Assembly (NCBI GenBank): GCA_937928795.1
Contig: CALFWB010000042.1
Location: 15,483-79,482 of the forward strand
From: an uncultured Anaerolineales bacterium
GTDB taxonomy: Bacteria; Chloroflexota; Anaerolineae; Anaerolineales; UBA4823
DNA: 64,000 nt
Direction: 5' to 3'
Each line of letters starts with the position of its first letter. Positions within the stretch are counted from its first letter, which is position 1. The position numbers were made by a program, and so were the translations under genes. This document shows positions 1 through 8,280 of the stretch, in pieces. The notes under the pieces were generated by a model, which saw only the letters and a list, made by a program, of their open reading frames with translations, had not been told where the DNA came from and did not search any database.

Positions 1-714
1 GAGCAGCTTCTTGTTCGCTTCAGCCGTTTGGTCACCGATAACCTATGGATCAAGGAAATCGATATTAATCCTTTACTTGTATCCCCTGAACGCATTGTTG
101 CTCTTGACGCCCGCATTGTCATTCATGAGCCCTATCTAAGTGAAGATCAGTTACCTAAACTGGCTATTCGTCCTTACCCAACCCAATATGTCACCACTTG
201 GACGGATAAATTTAATTGTACCTATACCATTCGGCCCACTCTTCCCGAAGATGAACCTCTGCTGGTTAAGTTTCATGAGAATCTTTCCGATCGAACTGTT
301 TATCTTCGCTATTTACATCCCATGCTTCTGAGTCAACGAGCCGCCCATGAGCGATTAGCTCGCATCTGCCATGGTGATTACGATCGAGAAATCACCTTGG
401 TCGTCGAGCAAGAAGAATGTGAAAGTGGAGAAAGGCGCATTGTCGGTGCCGGCCGCTTAAGCAAAATTCACTCCCTCGATGAAGCCCGTTTTAGTATTCT
501 GATTAGCGACTTGTATCAAGGCAGAGGCATCGGCAAGGAGCTAATCAAACAAATTCTCCACGTGGCCCGTGAGGAAAAAATCAGACGAATTGAGGCGATT
601 ATCACTCCTGACAACGAAGCTATGAAGCATCTGTTTTCTAAAATGGGGTTCAGTATCTACTCATTTAATGAAAATAAGCTCCTACGCGCAGAGATGACCA
701 TCACACAAACTTAA
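1..714 (+). CDS. C-terminal part of a Pat-like bifunctional protein: end of an ADP-forming acyl-CoA synthetase region fused to a GNAT acetyltransferase. The 5' end lies outside the window.
   Basis: Frame 1 is open from nt 1 (EQLLVRFSRLVTDNLWIKEIDINPLL...). GNAT acetyl-CoA motif QGRGIGKEL near the C-terminus. Stop at 712-714, followed by a terminator. Confidence 0.8.
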   Translation, partial: EQLLVRFSRLVTDNLWIKEIDINPLLVSPERIVALDARIVIHEPYLSEDQLPKLAIRPYPTQYVTTWTDKFNCTYTIRPTLPEDEPLLVKFHENLSDRTVYLRYLHPMLLSQRAAHERLARICHGDYDREITLVVEQEECESGERRIVGAGRLSKIHSLDEARFSILISDLYQGRGIGKELIKQILHVAREEKIRRIEAIITPDNEAMKHLFSKMGFSIYSFNENKLLRAEMTITQT

Positions 715-763
715 CCTACCTCCACAATCCTCTCCGACTGATAACGGGAAGAAAATATTGAGT

Positions 764-797
764 AAAAAGCACTCACTCTTCTGTGAGTGCTTTTTTT
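764..797 (+). terminator. Intrinsic terminator after the Pat-like gene
   Basis: Arms aaaaagcactcac / gtgagtgcttttt with a 6-nt loop, followed by a T-run. Confidence 0.8.
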
Positions 798-1010
798 CTT
801 TACTATTTTGCAGCCGTCCTTTTCAACGCTCTCCTCAAAAGGATGTAGCAATGGTTCTCAGGATAGGATATGCAGGCTGAAGCCATGCTTCATCTTACGA
901 CAAACAAATGCTCCAGTTGAGATTTCATTCATAATAGGAAGTTTTTCTAAAAACATTTTGATTGGCGATATAATACCTAGCATTAGGTTTCAAATCCTTA
1001 GGAGATATTC

Positions 1011-2159
1011 ATGGTTCGGATAAAAAAACTATTCTATCTAAGCCTCATTCTTGGTTTTCTAATCACCTATTCCGCTTGCTCAAATTCTAGACAAACACCG
1101 GCTTCCCAAATTTCCGAAACGAATACGTCAGCAGTCAAAAGCGAGAATGGCATTCTAGCCGAGGGGAAAGTTCTTCCCAAAACATTCGTGAACCTCTCCT
1201 TCCAAGTTAGCGGCAAAGTCAGTGAAATCCTTGTGAAAGAAGGGGATCAAGTCAAAATCGGAGATGTGCTTGTCAGGTTAGGCAATCGCGCCGAAGCAGA
1301 AGCCGAACTTGCCAGAGCTGAATTAGAGCTCCTCAATGCCCAACAAGCCTTAGATGATCTTATCGATAATCACGCGATTGAGCGTGCCCGTTCTCTCGAA
1401 GCTGTCGCAAAAGCCAGCGATCGCGTCCGAGACGCCAAATATCAGCTTGATAACTTCACGATTCCTCAGAATCAACAAAACATGGATGCGATTGAAGCGG
1501 TGCGCATCATGGAAGAACGGCTCGACAAAGCTCGGCTTGCCTTTGAGCCCTATAAAAACGACTCCCTGCTCAACGAAACACGCAAGAAACTAAAAGATGC
1601 CCTTGATAATGCCCAAAGCGACTACAATGCTGCTGTCCGCAGGTTAAGCTACGAAGTTCAACTTGAAGCTGCCAAAGCAGACCTGAAACGAGCCCTTGAT
1701 CAATGGGAAAAGATCAAAGACGGTCCGGACCCTGACTTATTGGCATTGGCAAATGCCCGCGTCAACACGGCACAAAAGGCGGTTCAGGCTGCCCAAGCTC
1801 GCTTGGATAATTTAGAATTGCGAGCTACCATTGATGGCACTGTTGCTAAAATCGATCTAGTTGTCGGCAGTCAAGTTGTCCCAAATGTTAGCATAATTAC
1901 TCTTGCCGATTTTTCCTCTTGGTACGTATATACCGAAAACCTAACTGAAATAGAGGTGGTTGACATTGAACTAGGTCAAACAGCAACCATCGTCCCGGAT
2001 GCCCTTCCGCAATTAGAGCTACAAGGTGTGGTTGAGTCCATTGGGCAAGTCTTCGAAGAGAGAGGTGGCGATGTGACCTACACAACCAAGATCCTCCTAA
2101 CGAAGAGCGATCCCCGTCTGCGCTGGGGAATGACGGTCTTGATTACATTCCAAAAGTAA
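1011..2159 (+). CDS. HlyD-family periplasmic adaptor (membrane fusion protein)
   Basis: N-terminal signal/anchor with a ...YSAC lipobox-like motif. Lipoyl-like hairpin (GKVSEILVKEGDQVKIGDVLVRL), long Ala/Glu/Leu coiled coil and a C-terminal beta-barrel. AGGAGA RBS 6 nt upstream. Confidence 0.8.
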   Translation: MVRIKKLFYLSLILGFLITYSACSNSRQTPASQISETNTSAVKSENGILAEGKVLPKTFVNLSFQVSGKVSEILVKEGDQVKIGDVLVRLGNRAEAEAELARAELELLNAQQALDDLIDNHAIERARSLEAVAKASDRVRDAKYQLDNFTIPQNQQNMDAIEAVRIMEERLDKARLAFEPYKNDSLLNETRKKLKDALDNAQSDYNAAVRRLSYEVQLEAAKADLKRALDQWEKIKDGPDPDLLALANARVNTAQKAVQAAQARLDNLELRATIDGTVAKIDLVVGSQVVPNVSIITLADFSSWYVYTENLTEIEVVDIELGQTATIVPDALPQLELQGVVESIGQVFEERGGDVTYTTKILLTKSDPRLRWGMTVLITFQK

Positions 2160-2207
2160 TCTTTTTCGAGTACAATCGTCACACATGTACTCAGGATTGC
2201 AAAGCTG

Positions 2208-3323
2208 TTGGAGGTTTCATTGTCTTCTCTAAAAAATTTAGGAAAACTGTTTGGCGTCATGCTCCTAAACCTATTGGTAGTTGGCGCCATTGGTGTAGCG
2301 GTTTACCTGGGCTGGTTGAGACTGCGCGCTCAAGCGCCTCCGGCCTTTGCAGCAGGCTCGGCTGATTCTTCATTAGATGCGATTTCACAAAATAACCCTC
2401 TGGAGGAAGAGAGTCAACCTGCTTTGCCTTCTCTTCCAAACGCAAGCGAATCGCGTTACATTTCCCGACATGCGACCTATTTCACCCTCATACCCGATCG
2501 TCCCGCAACCGATGTCCTGACCTATACGGTCAAATCCGGGGACACTTTATTCACCATTGCCGAAAGATTTAATATCCAACCCGCCACATTATTATGGGGC
2601 AATTATGAAGTTTTGCAAGACAATCCTCACTTCCTTAAGCCGGGTCAAATTCTCAACATCCTACCTGTGAATGGGACGTATTACCAATGGCAAGAAGGGG
2701 ATACGATCGAAAAAATCGCCCAATTTTTTAAGACGAACCCGCAAAACATCATCGAATTTAGCGGCAATCATATTGACTTAACCAAGATAAACGAACCCAA
2801 TTCAGGAATTGAGCCGGGCACTTGGATTGTCGTGCCGGGTGGGAAACGCGCTATCAAGGATTGGGGTCCTCCCGCAATTACCCGAAAGAACCCTGCCTCA
2901 GCTCGTTTTTATGGTTCAGGTTCTTGCGGTGAAGTTTACGAGGGGGCCGTTGGCAGTGGTAGCTTTGTTTGGCCCACCACCGAACGCACCATCTCTGGCT
3001 ATCAATATGATCCGGTCATCCACCCTGCGATCGACATCGCCGGACAAATTGGTAATCCGATCTTTGCTGTCGATTCCGGCGTGGTTGTCTATTCCGGTTG
3101 GAGCGATTTTGGTTATGGCTATCTCCTGGTGATCGATCACGGCAACGGTTGGCAATCTGCCTATGCGCACCTCAATTCCATTGCTGCCGGTTGTGGTGTC
3201 AGCGTCTTTCGCGGCGGAGCTATCGCTACATTGGGAAATTCCGGCAATTCAACCGGACCCCATCTTCACTTTGAGCTAATCTATAACGGTGCCAAAGTCA
3301 ATCCGCTCGATTTTATTCAGTAG
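2208..3323 (+). CDS. Membrane-anchored LysM + M23 (LytM-type) peptidoglycan metallopeptidase
   Basis: TM helix near the N-terminus. Two LysM-like segments (YTVKSGDTLFTIAERFNI.., YQWQEGDTIEKIAQFF..). M23 motifs HPAIDIAG and GNSGNSTGPHLHFEL. TTG start is uncertain; an in-frame ATG lies at 2259. Confidence 0.85.
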   Translation: MEVSLSSLKNLGKLFGVMLLNLLVVGAIGVAVYLGWLRLRAQAPPAFAAGSADSSLDAISQNNPLEEESQPALPSLPNASESRYISRHATYFTLIPDRPATDVLTYTVKSGDTLFTIAERFNIQPATLLWGNYEVLQDNPHFLKPGQILNILPVNGTYYQWQEGDTIEKIAQFFKTNPQNIIEFSGNHIDLTKINEPNSGIEPGTWIVVPGGKRAIKDWGPPAITRKNPASARFYGSGSCGEVYEGAVGSGSFVWPTTERTISGYQYDPVIHPAIDIAGQIGNPIFAVDSGVVVYSGWSDFGYGYLLVIDHGNGWQSAYAHLNSIAAGCGVSVFRGGAIATLGNSGNSTGPHLHFELIYNGAKVNPLDFIQ

Positions 3324-3427
3324 CTAGCCACAAAGTGCTTTTATCATGACAAATTGCCTCTGATTTTATCAGCAAAATCTAAAAGAATCGAGTACAATTC
3401 TTTTTATACCCTTATGGAGGTTCTAAA

Positions 3428-3739
3428 ATGTCTAATCAATATTCTTCCGAGATAACCAGCGATGACAAATTATGGGCAGCCCTTAGCTACATTTTTTCTC
3501 CCATTGTCCCGATCATTCTCTTAATAATGGAAGATAAGAAAAACCGGCCCTTTATAAAATTCCATGCTGTTCAAGCTATTGCAGCGGTTATTGTAATCTT
3601 CGTCATCGCCACTGTGACCTTCGGTTGCGGTTCCATTGTTGTCCTCGTTATGTTCTACTGGGCATATAAAGCCTACCAAGGCGAATACGTTGAAATTCCC
3701 GTTATCACCAATTTCATCAAAAACCAAGGTTGGGTATAA
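3428..3739 (+). CDS. Small integral membrane protein (DUF4870-like, tentative)
   Basis: 103 aa with two or three hydrophobic helices and the motif KLWAALSYIFSPIVPII..FHAVQAI. GGAGG RBS upstream. Confidence 0.6.
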   Translation: MSNQYSSEITSDDKLWAALSYIFSPIVPIILLIMEDKKNRPFIKFHAVQAIAAVIVIFVIATVTFGCGSIVVLVMFYWAYKAYQGEYVEIPVITNFIKNQGWV

Positions 3740-4004
3740 AAATAAAATAAAGTGATGCTGGTTGAAATGGAGGGCTCTTCTTAAACCGAAAAGCCCTATT
3801 TTAACTATCCACACTAAAGTCCTTTCGCCAATAGTTTGCTGAGGCTTTTCAAAAGCTTAGGGGTAGGGACCTTTCAGAACGGAAATCTTGGCTCAGGACA
3901 AATGGGGGCGCTTATCCATCATTCCCAGCCTTTCTCCTAAAGGGCGAAAGGAGATTCTCATTTCTATCGCCGGGAGAGGATTCTAAAGCTAGAGCGTTGC
4001 CCTA

Positions 4005-4378
4005 GCGGATTTTCGTAACATAGGCTTCAGCCCGTGTTGCGTTTCCACAAGCTAAAGCTTATGTTACGCGTGATAAGCCGCACCAAGCGGATTTTCGTAA
4101 CATCGGCTTCAGCCTGTGTTGCGTTTCCACAAGCTAAAGCTTATGTTACGCGTGATAAGCCGCACCAAGCGGATTTTCGTAACATAGGCTTCAGCCTGTG
4201 TCGCGTTTCCACAAGCTAAAGCTTATGTTACGCGTAATAAGTCGCACCAAGCGGATTTTCGTAACATCGGCTTCAGCCTGTTTTGCGTTTCCACAAGCTC
4301 AAGCTTATGTTACGCGTGATAAGCCGCACCAAGCGATTTTCGTAACATAGGCTTCAGCCTGTTTATGGTTTGCACAGG
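4005..4378. repeat. Tandem array of an 82-bp unit: 4 full copies starting at 4005, 4087, 4169 and 4251, plus a partial fifth at 4333
   Basis: Exact 82-nt periodicity read directly from the sequence. Each unit holds an imperfect 18-bp inverted repeat (cgtaacataggcttcagc / gctaaagcttatgttacg) around a 19-nt loop, flanked by gcgg...ccgc. The period is not a multiple of 3. Confidence 0.95.
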
Positions 4379-4470
4379 TGAGATTTATGCTCCTTCACAT
4401 GATTTTCCCATATCGGATGTCTGAAGCCAGCGTTTTCAGGTCTAAATTTAGAATTACTGCCCCATAATGT

Positions 4471-4546
4471 GTCCACGCAAAAGTTGTAGGACAACTCAAT
4501 GAGTTGTCCTACAAAGCAATGTTGCCAACAACTTTTGAGTGCACAC
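4471..4546 (+). repeat. Dispersed ~75-bp palindromic element, family A, copy 1
   Basis: gtccacgcaaaagttgtaggacaactcaatgagttgtcctacaaagcaatgttgccaacaacttttgagtgcacac. Near-identical copies at 33426, 43258 and 60055, with a partial copy at 53339. Confidence 0.9.
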
Positions 4547-4562
4547 CCCCCAATCTCAAGCC

Positions 4563-4591
4563 TACACAAACTCCGGCAGCTCGGTTATAAT
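4563..4591 (+). promoter_or_regulatory. Candidate sigma70-type promoter for the glycine riboswitch/gcv operon
   Basis: TATAAT at 4586-4591 with tacaca 17 nt upstream, about 25 nt before the first aptamer. Confidence 0.35.
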
Positions 4592-4615
4592 TTAAGGCGA
4601 AAAACCTAAATAGAA

Positions 4616-4804
4616 CTGCAGGGGAGAGGCTCATTTTTGAGCGCCGAAGGGGCAAGTTCAGTAGATAGGCGAGCTGAACGAAACTCTCAGGCAAAAGGAC
4701 CCTGCAGGTGAAACCTCTGGAAAGTCTCCCTATCCCTTAGATAGGTCGCACCGACGGGGCAAGCGGACAGGATTTCCGTGAATCTCTCAGGTCAAAGACA
4801 GAGG
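4616..4804 (+). promoter_or_regulatory. Tandem glycine riboswitch (aptamer 1 at 4616-4707, aptamer 2 at 4715-4804)
   Basis: Both aptamers carry the conserved blocks. Aptamer 1: GGAGAG, CGCCGAAGGGGCAA, CUCUCAGGCAAAAGGAC. Aptamer 2: CUGGAAAG, GCACCGACGGGGCAA, CUCUCAGGUCAAAGACAG. It lies directly upstream of the glycine cleavage genes. Confidence 0.9.
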
Positions 4805-4836
4805 CGCGCGAAGGAGTTCGTGCGCCTTTTTCTTTT
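4803..4836 (+). terminator. Riboswitch expression-platform terminator
   Basis: ggcgcgcgaa-ggag-ttcgtgcgcc followed by tttttctttt. The 5' arm overlaps the 3' side of the aptamer-2 P1 stem, as expected for a glycine ON switch. Confidence 0.75.
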
Positions 4837-4874
4837 CCAAACCATTCTAATCTTTCAATTCTCAGGAGGTACCG

Positions 4875-5264
4875 ATGAACATTCCATCTGACTTGAAATA
4901 TACACAAAATGATGAATGGCTGCGCGTAGAAGGCATTCAAGGCACGGTTGGAATTACCGATTACGCTCAAGAACAGCTCTCAGATATTGTCTTCGTTGAG
5001 ATCGTCGTGAACGAAGGAGATGTCGTAAAGCAGGGGGATACCTGCGCTACGGTAGAAAGTGTCAAAGCTGCTGCCGATGTCTATATGCCGGTCAGCGGCA
5101 AAGTTATTGCGATTAACCAATCTCTTCCTGACAAACCCGAAACGGTCAACAGCGACCCCTATGGGGAAGCTTGGATGGTCAAAATCGAGATAACAAATCC
5201 TGCGGAAATCGATCAGTTAATGGATGCTGCTGCCTATGAAGCCCATTTAGCCCAGAAAGATTAG
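4875..5264 (+). CDS. gcvH: Glycine cleavage system H protein
   Basis: 129 aa with the lipoyl-lysine context ATVESVKAAADVY. AGGAGG RBS upstream. Confidence 0.95.
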   Translation: MNIPSDLKYTQNDEWLRVEGIQGTVGITDYAQEQLSDIVFVEIVVNEGDVVKQGDTCATVESVKAAADVYMPVSGKVIAINQSLPDKPETVNSDPYGEAWMVKIEITNPAEIDQLMDAAAYEAHLAQKD

Positions 5265-5272
5265 GAGGAACA

Positions 5273-6622
5273 ATGTTTTTGCCTCATACGGATAAAGAAC
5301 GACAAGAAATGCTTGCAACGATCGGGGTAAAAACAATTCAAGATCTCTTTGCGGCAATCCCCGAAAAATACCGCTTTCCCGAATTAGATTTGCCTGCCGG
5401 GCTCACAGAAATGGAAGCCCAGGAGGTCGTCACCGATCTCGCTTCGCAGAACGACAACCTTCAGGAAATGATCTGCTTCTTGGGGGCGGGAGCCTACAAC
5501 CATTACATCCCGGCTGTAGTGGATGCTATCATCCGCCGCGGCGAGTTCCTAACCGCCTATACCCCTTATCAACCGGAAGTCTCCCAAGGGACCCTCCAAG
5601 CCATTTTCGACTATCAGAGCTTGATGACAGCCCTGACCGGAATGGATGTCTCAAATGCCTCTCACTATGACGGGGCAACAGCAGTGGCTGAAGCTGTGAC
5701 CATGGCAAACGCCCACTTTCGTGGCAAACGCAATCGTGTCATTCTTTCGCCTGCTTTGCATCCTCACTACCGCCAGACGACAAGAACCTACCATGCCAAT
5801 ACCGGCATCCAATTTGTCGGTGACGATCCCGGCGCTGACCTCAAAGCCCATCCCAATCACCTTGCCGAATACTTGGATGAAAACACCGCCCTCGTAATCG
5901 TCCAATACCCTGATTTCTTCGGACGCGTTTATGACTATACCGAACTGGCTGAAAAGGTTCACCAAGCTGGGGCGCTCTTCGCAATTTCCATTAATCCAAT
6001 TGCCCTAGGTCTGTTAAAACCGCCGGGTGAATTTGGCGCAGATATCGTAACCGGGGAGGGTCAACCCTTAGGGATTCCGCTTTCGTATGGAGGTCCTTAC
6101 CTAGGTATCTTTACCACTAGAAAGGAATTTGTCCGCAAGATGGCCGGTCGTCTAGTCGGTGAAACGGTGGATAACCGCGGTCAAAAGGCGTATGTCCTCA
6201 CGCTGACCGCCCGCGAGCAGCATATCCGCCGCGAAAAGGCCACTTCCAACATCTGTACCAACCAAGGCCTCATGGCTTTGGCTGCAGCGGTATATCTCAG
6301 CCTCGTTGGAAAGCACGGCCTGCGCCAAGTTGCCGAATTGTGTTATCACAAGGCTCATTACGCCGCCCAACAAATCGCTGCCCTCGAAGGGTTCTCGCTC
6401 TGGTCCGATGCTCCCTTCTTCCATGAGTTCGTGGTCAAAACCCCGCTCTCTCCTGCCGAACTCAATCAAAGGCTCCTCGAACACGGAATTATAGGCGGTT
6501 ATGACCTTGAGCAGGATTATCCATCCATGAAAGGTCATATGATGTTTGCGGTGACCGAAATGAACAGTAAAGATGAAATCGACTATTTGGTCTCGACCCT
6601 TGCGGAGGTAAGCCATGCCTGA
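5273..6622 (+). CDS. gcvPA: Glycine dehydrogenase (decarboxylating) subunit 1
   Basis: 449 aa with a typical GcvPA N-terminus (..HTDKERQEMLATIGV..) and TAYTPYQPEVSQGTLQA. Confidence 0.93.
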   Translation: MFLPHTDKERQEMLATIGVKTIQDLFAAIPEKYRFPELDLPAGLTEMEAQEVVTDLASQNDNLQEMICFLGAGAYNHYIPAVVDAIIRRGEFLTAYTPYQPEVSQGTLQAIFDYQSLMTALTGMDVSNASHYDGATAVAEAVTMANAHFRGKRNRVILSPALHPHYRQTTRTYHANTGIQFVGDDPGADLKAHPNHLAEYLDENTALVIVQYPDFFGRVYDYTELAEKVHQAGALFAISINPIALGLLKPPGEFGADIVTGEGQPLGIPLSYGGPYLGIFTTRKEFVRKMAGRLVGETVDNRGQKAYVLTLTAREQHIRREKATSNICTNQGLMALAAAVYLSLVGKHGLRQVAELCYHKAHYAAQQIAALEGFSLWSDAPFFHEFVVKTPLSPAELNQRLLEHGIIGGYDLEQDYPSMKGHMMFAVTEMNSKDEIDYLVSTLAEVSHA

Positions 6623-8084
6623 ACCTGATCTGTGCGATATTTCCGTCCCCAATCGAATCGGTTTTCGCTTTCCCGATATTGATGTTCCCAAAACTGAGCT
6701 ACCCACTGACTTGGTACGGGAATATTTACCCCTGCCTGAGCTCTATGAAGTTGATGTCATCCGCCGTTATACGCGCCTCTCGCAGCTCAACCATTCCATT
6801 GATACAGGTTATTACCCACTTGGGTCTTGTACCATGAAATACAACCCCAAGATCAACGAAGAAATGGCAAGACAGGCAGGATTTGCGGCGGTACATCCGC
6901 TTCAGCCGATCGAATCTGTGCAAGGTTGTTTAGCATTGATGTATGACCTGCAGGAGTGGCTAAAAGAAATCGGCGGATTTGCGGGAGTCACCCTTCAACC
7001 TGCCGCCGGCGCTCAGGGTGAACTGACCGGTATCTTAATCATCCGTGCTTACCACCAAGACCGAGGTGACTTGAAGCGGACAAAAATCTTGATACCCGAC
7101 TCTGCCCACGGCACGAATCCAGCTTCCTCGGCAATGAGTGGCATGACCGTGGTTGAAATCAAGTCAGACGCCCGCGGCAACGTAGATTTAGAAGCGCTGC
7201 GCCAGCATTGCGATGACACCCTGGCAGGTATCATGATTACCAATCCCAACACCTTAGGCCTTTTCGATGAAAATCTCGAAGAGGTCATCCGTCTGGTTCA
7301 CGAAGCGGGCGGCTTAGTCTATGGCGACGGAGCAAATATGAACGCTCTGCTTGGCATTATGCGCCCGGGCGACATCGGTATTGATGTTTTGCACTACAAC
7401 CTCCATAAGACCTTCTCCACCCCTCACGGCGGTGGTGGACCCGGCTCAGGCCCGGTTGGAGTTCGCTCCCAACTGGTTGACTTTCTGCCCTCTCCGATTG
7501 TCGTTATCACCGATGAAGGTGACGATGAAACACCTCCCGTCTATGGTTTCTACACCCCACCCAAAACCATTGGGCGAGTAAAATCCTTCCATGGACACTT
7601 TGGGATGATGGTGCGCGCCTATACTTATATGCTAATGCACGGCAAAGAAGGCTTGCGAAAAGTCTCGGAACACGCTGTGCTCAACGCCAATTATCTCCTT
7701 GCCCGCCTGCGCCATGTCTATCCCGTTCCCTATGATCGAATCTGTATGCATGAATTCGTTGCCGAAGGAAAGTGGGACGATGCGCCCGAAGTCCGAGCCC
7801 TCGACGTGGCAAAACGGTTAATGGATTTTGGCTTCCATCCCCCCACAAACTATTTCCCTCTCATCGTCCACGAGGCATTGATGATCGAACCGACCGAAAC
7901 CGAAAGCAAGCAGACCCTAGACGCCTTCGCCGATGCCCTAATCACCATCGCCGAGGAAGCGCGTACCAACCCCGAAATCCTCAAGTCGGCTCCTCATCGC
8001 ACGCCGGTCGGCAGGGTGGATGAAGTCAAAGCCGCCAAAGACCTCATCTTAGCCTGTGGAGTTAGTGTAGAAGAAGAGGTATAG
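6615..8084 (+). CDS. gcvPB: Glycine dehydrogenase (decarboxylating) subunit 2
   Basis: 489 aa with the PLP-lysine context HYNLHKTFSTPHGGGGPG. Overlaps gcvPA by 8 nt. Confidence 0.93.
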   Translation: MPEPDLCDISVPNRIGFRFPDIDVPKTELPTDLVREYLPLPELYEVDVIRRYTRLSQLNHSIDTGYYPLGSCTMKYNPKINEEMARQAGFAAVHPLQPIESVQGCLALMYDLQEWLKEIGGFAGVTLQPAAGAQGELTGILIIRAYHQDRGDLKRTKILIPDSAHGTNPASSAMSGMTVVEIKSDARGNVDLEALRQHCDDTLAGIMITNPNTLGLFDENLEEVIRLVHEAGGLVYGDGANMNALLGIMRPGDIGIDVLHYNLHKTFSTPHGGGGPGSGPVGVRSQLVDFLPSPIVVITDEGDDETPPVYGFYTPPKTIGRVKSFHGHFGMMVRAYTYMLMHGKEGLRKVSEHAVLNANYLLARLRHVYPVPYDRICMHEFVAEGKWDDAPEVRALDVAKRLMDFGFHPPTNYFPLIVHEALMIEPTETESKQTLDAFADALITIAEEARTNPEILKSAPHRTPVGRVDEVKAAKDLILACGVSVEEEV

Positions 8085-8107
8085 CAAAAGCCGCACTCCG
8101 AAACAGA

Positions 8108-8141
8108 AACTTCCGCAGAGAAGGCCTCCTCTGCGGAAGTT
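8108..8141 (+). terminator. Strong hairpin after gcvPB (probable terminator; no clear T-run)
   Basis: Perfect 13-bp arms aacttccgcagag / ctctgcggaagtt with an 8-nt loop. Confidence 0.5.
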
Positions 8142-8280
8142 CATCTAGCAGGAAGGCAAAAATTTGCGGTTTACTCAGCAATCCGAAGACTGCTTGCCGA
8201 GAAGGAAAAGTTTACGGAGCGCAAAAATTATGCTTGCATCGTTTAAAACCGGATCAAACTGAAGTAAAATTACACTTTGC

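Noticed and set aside
787-1023. 78-aa ORF between the Pat-like terminator and the HlyD gene
   Set aside because: It starts inside the terminator T-tract, has no RBS, shows low-complexity or odd composition, and ends inside the HlyD start region.
4034-4219. 61-aa ORF running through the tandem array
   Set aside because: The repeat period (82) is not a multiple of 3, so the frame changes every unit. The ORF is an artefact of repeat composition.
4005-4378. Possible CRISPR array, because of regularly spaced palindromic repeats
   Set aside because: The 82-bp units abut directly with no unique spacers. The unit is far longer than a CRISPR repeat, and no cas genes are nearby. I treat it as a tandem repeat.
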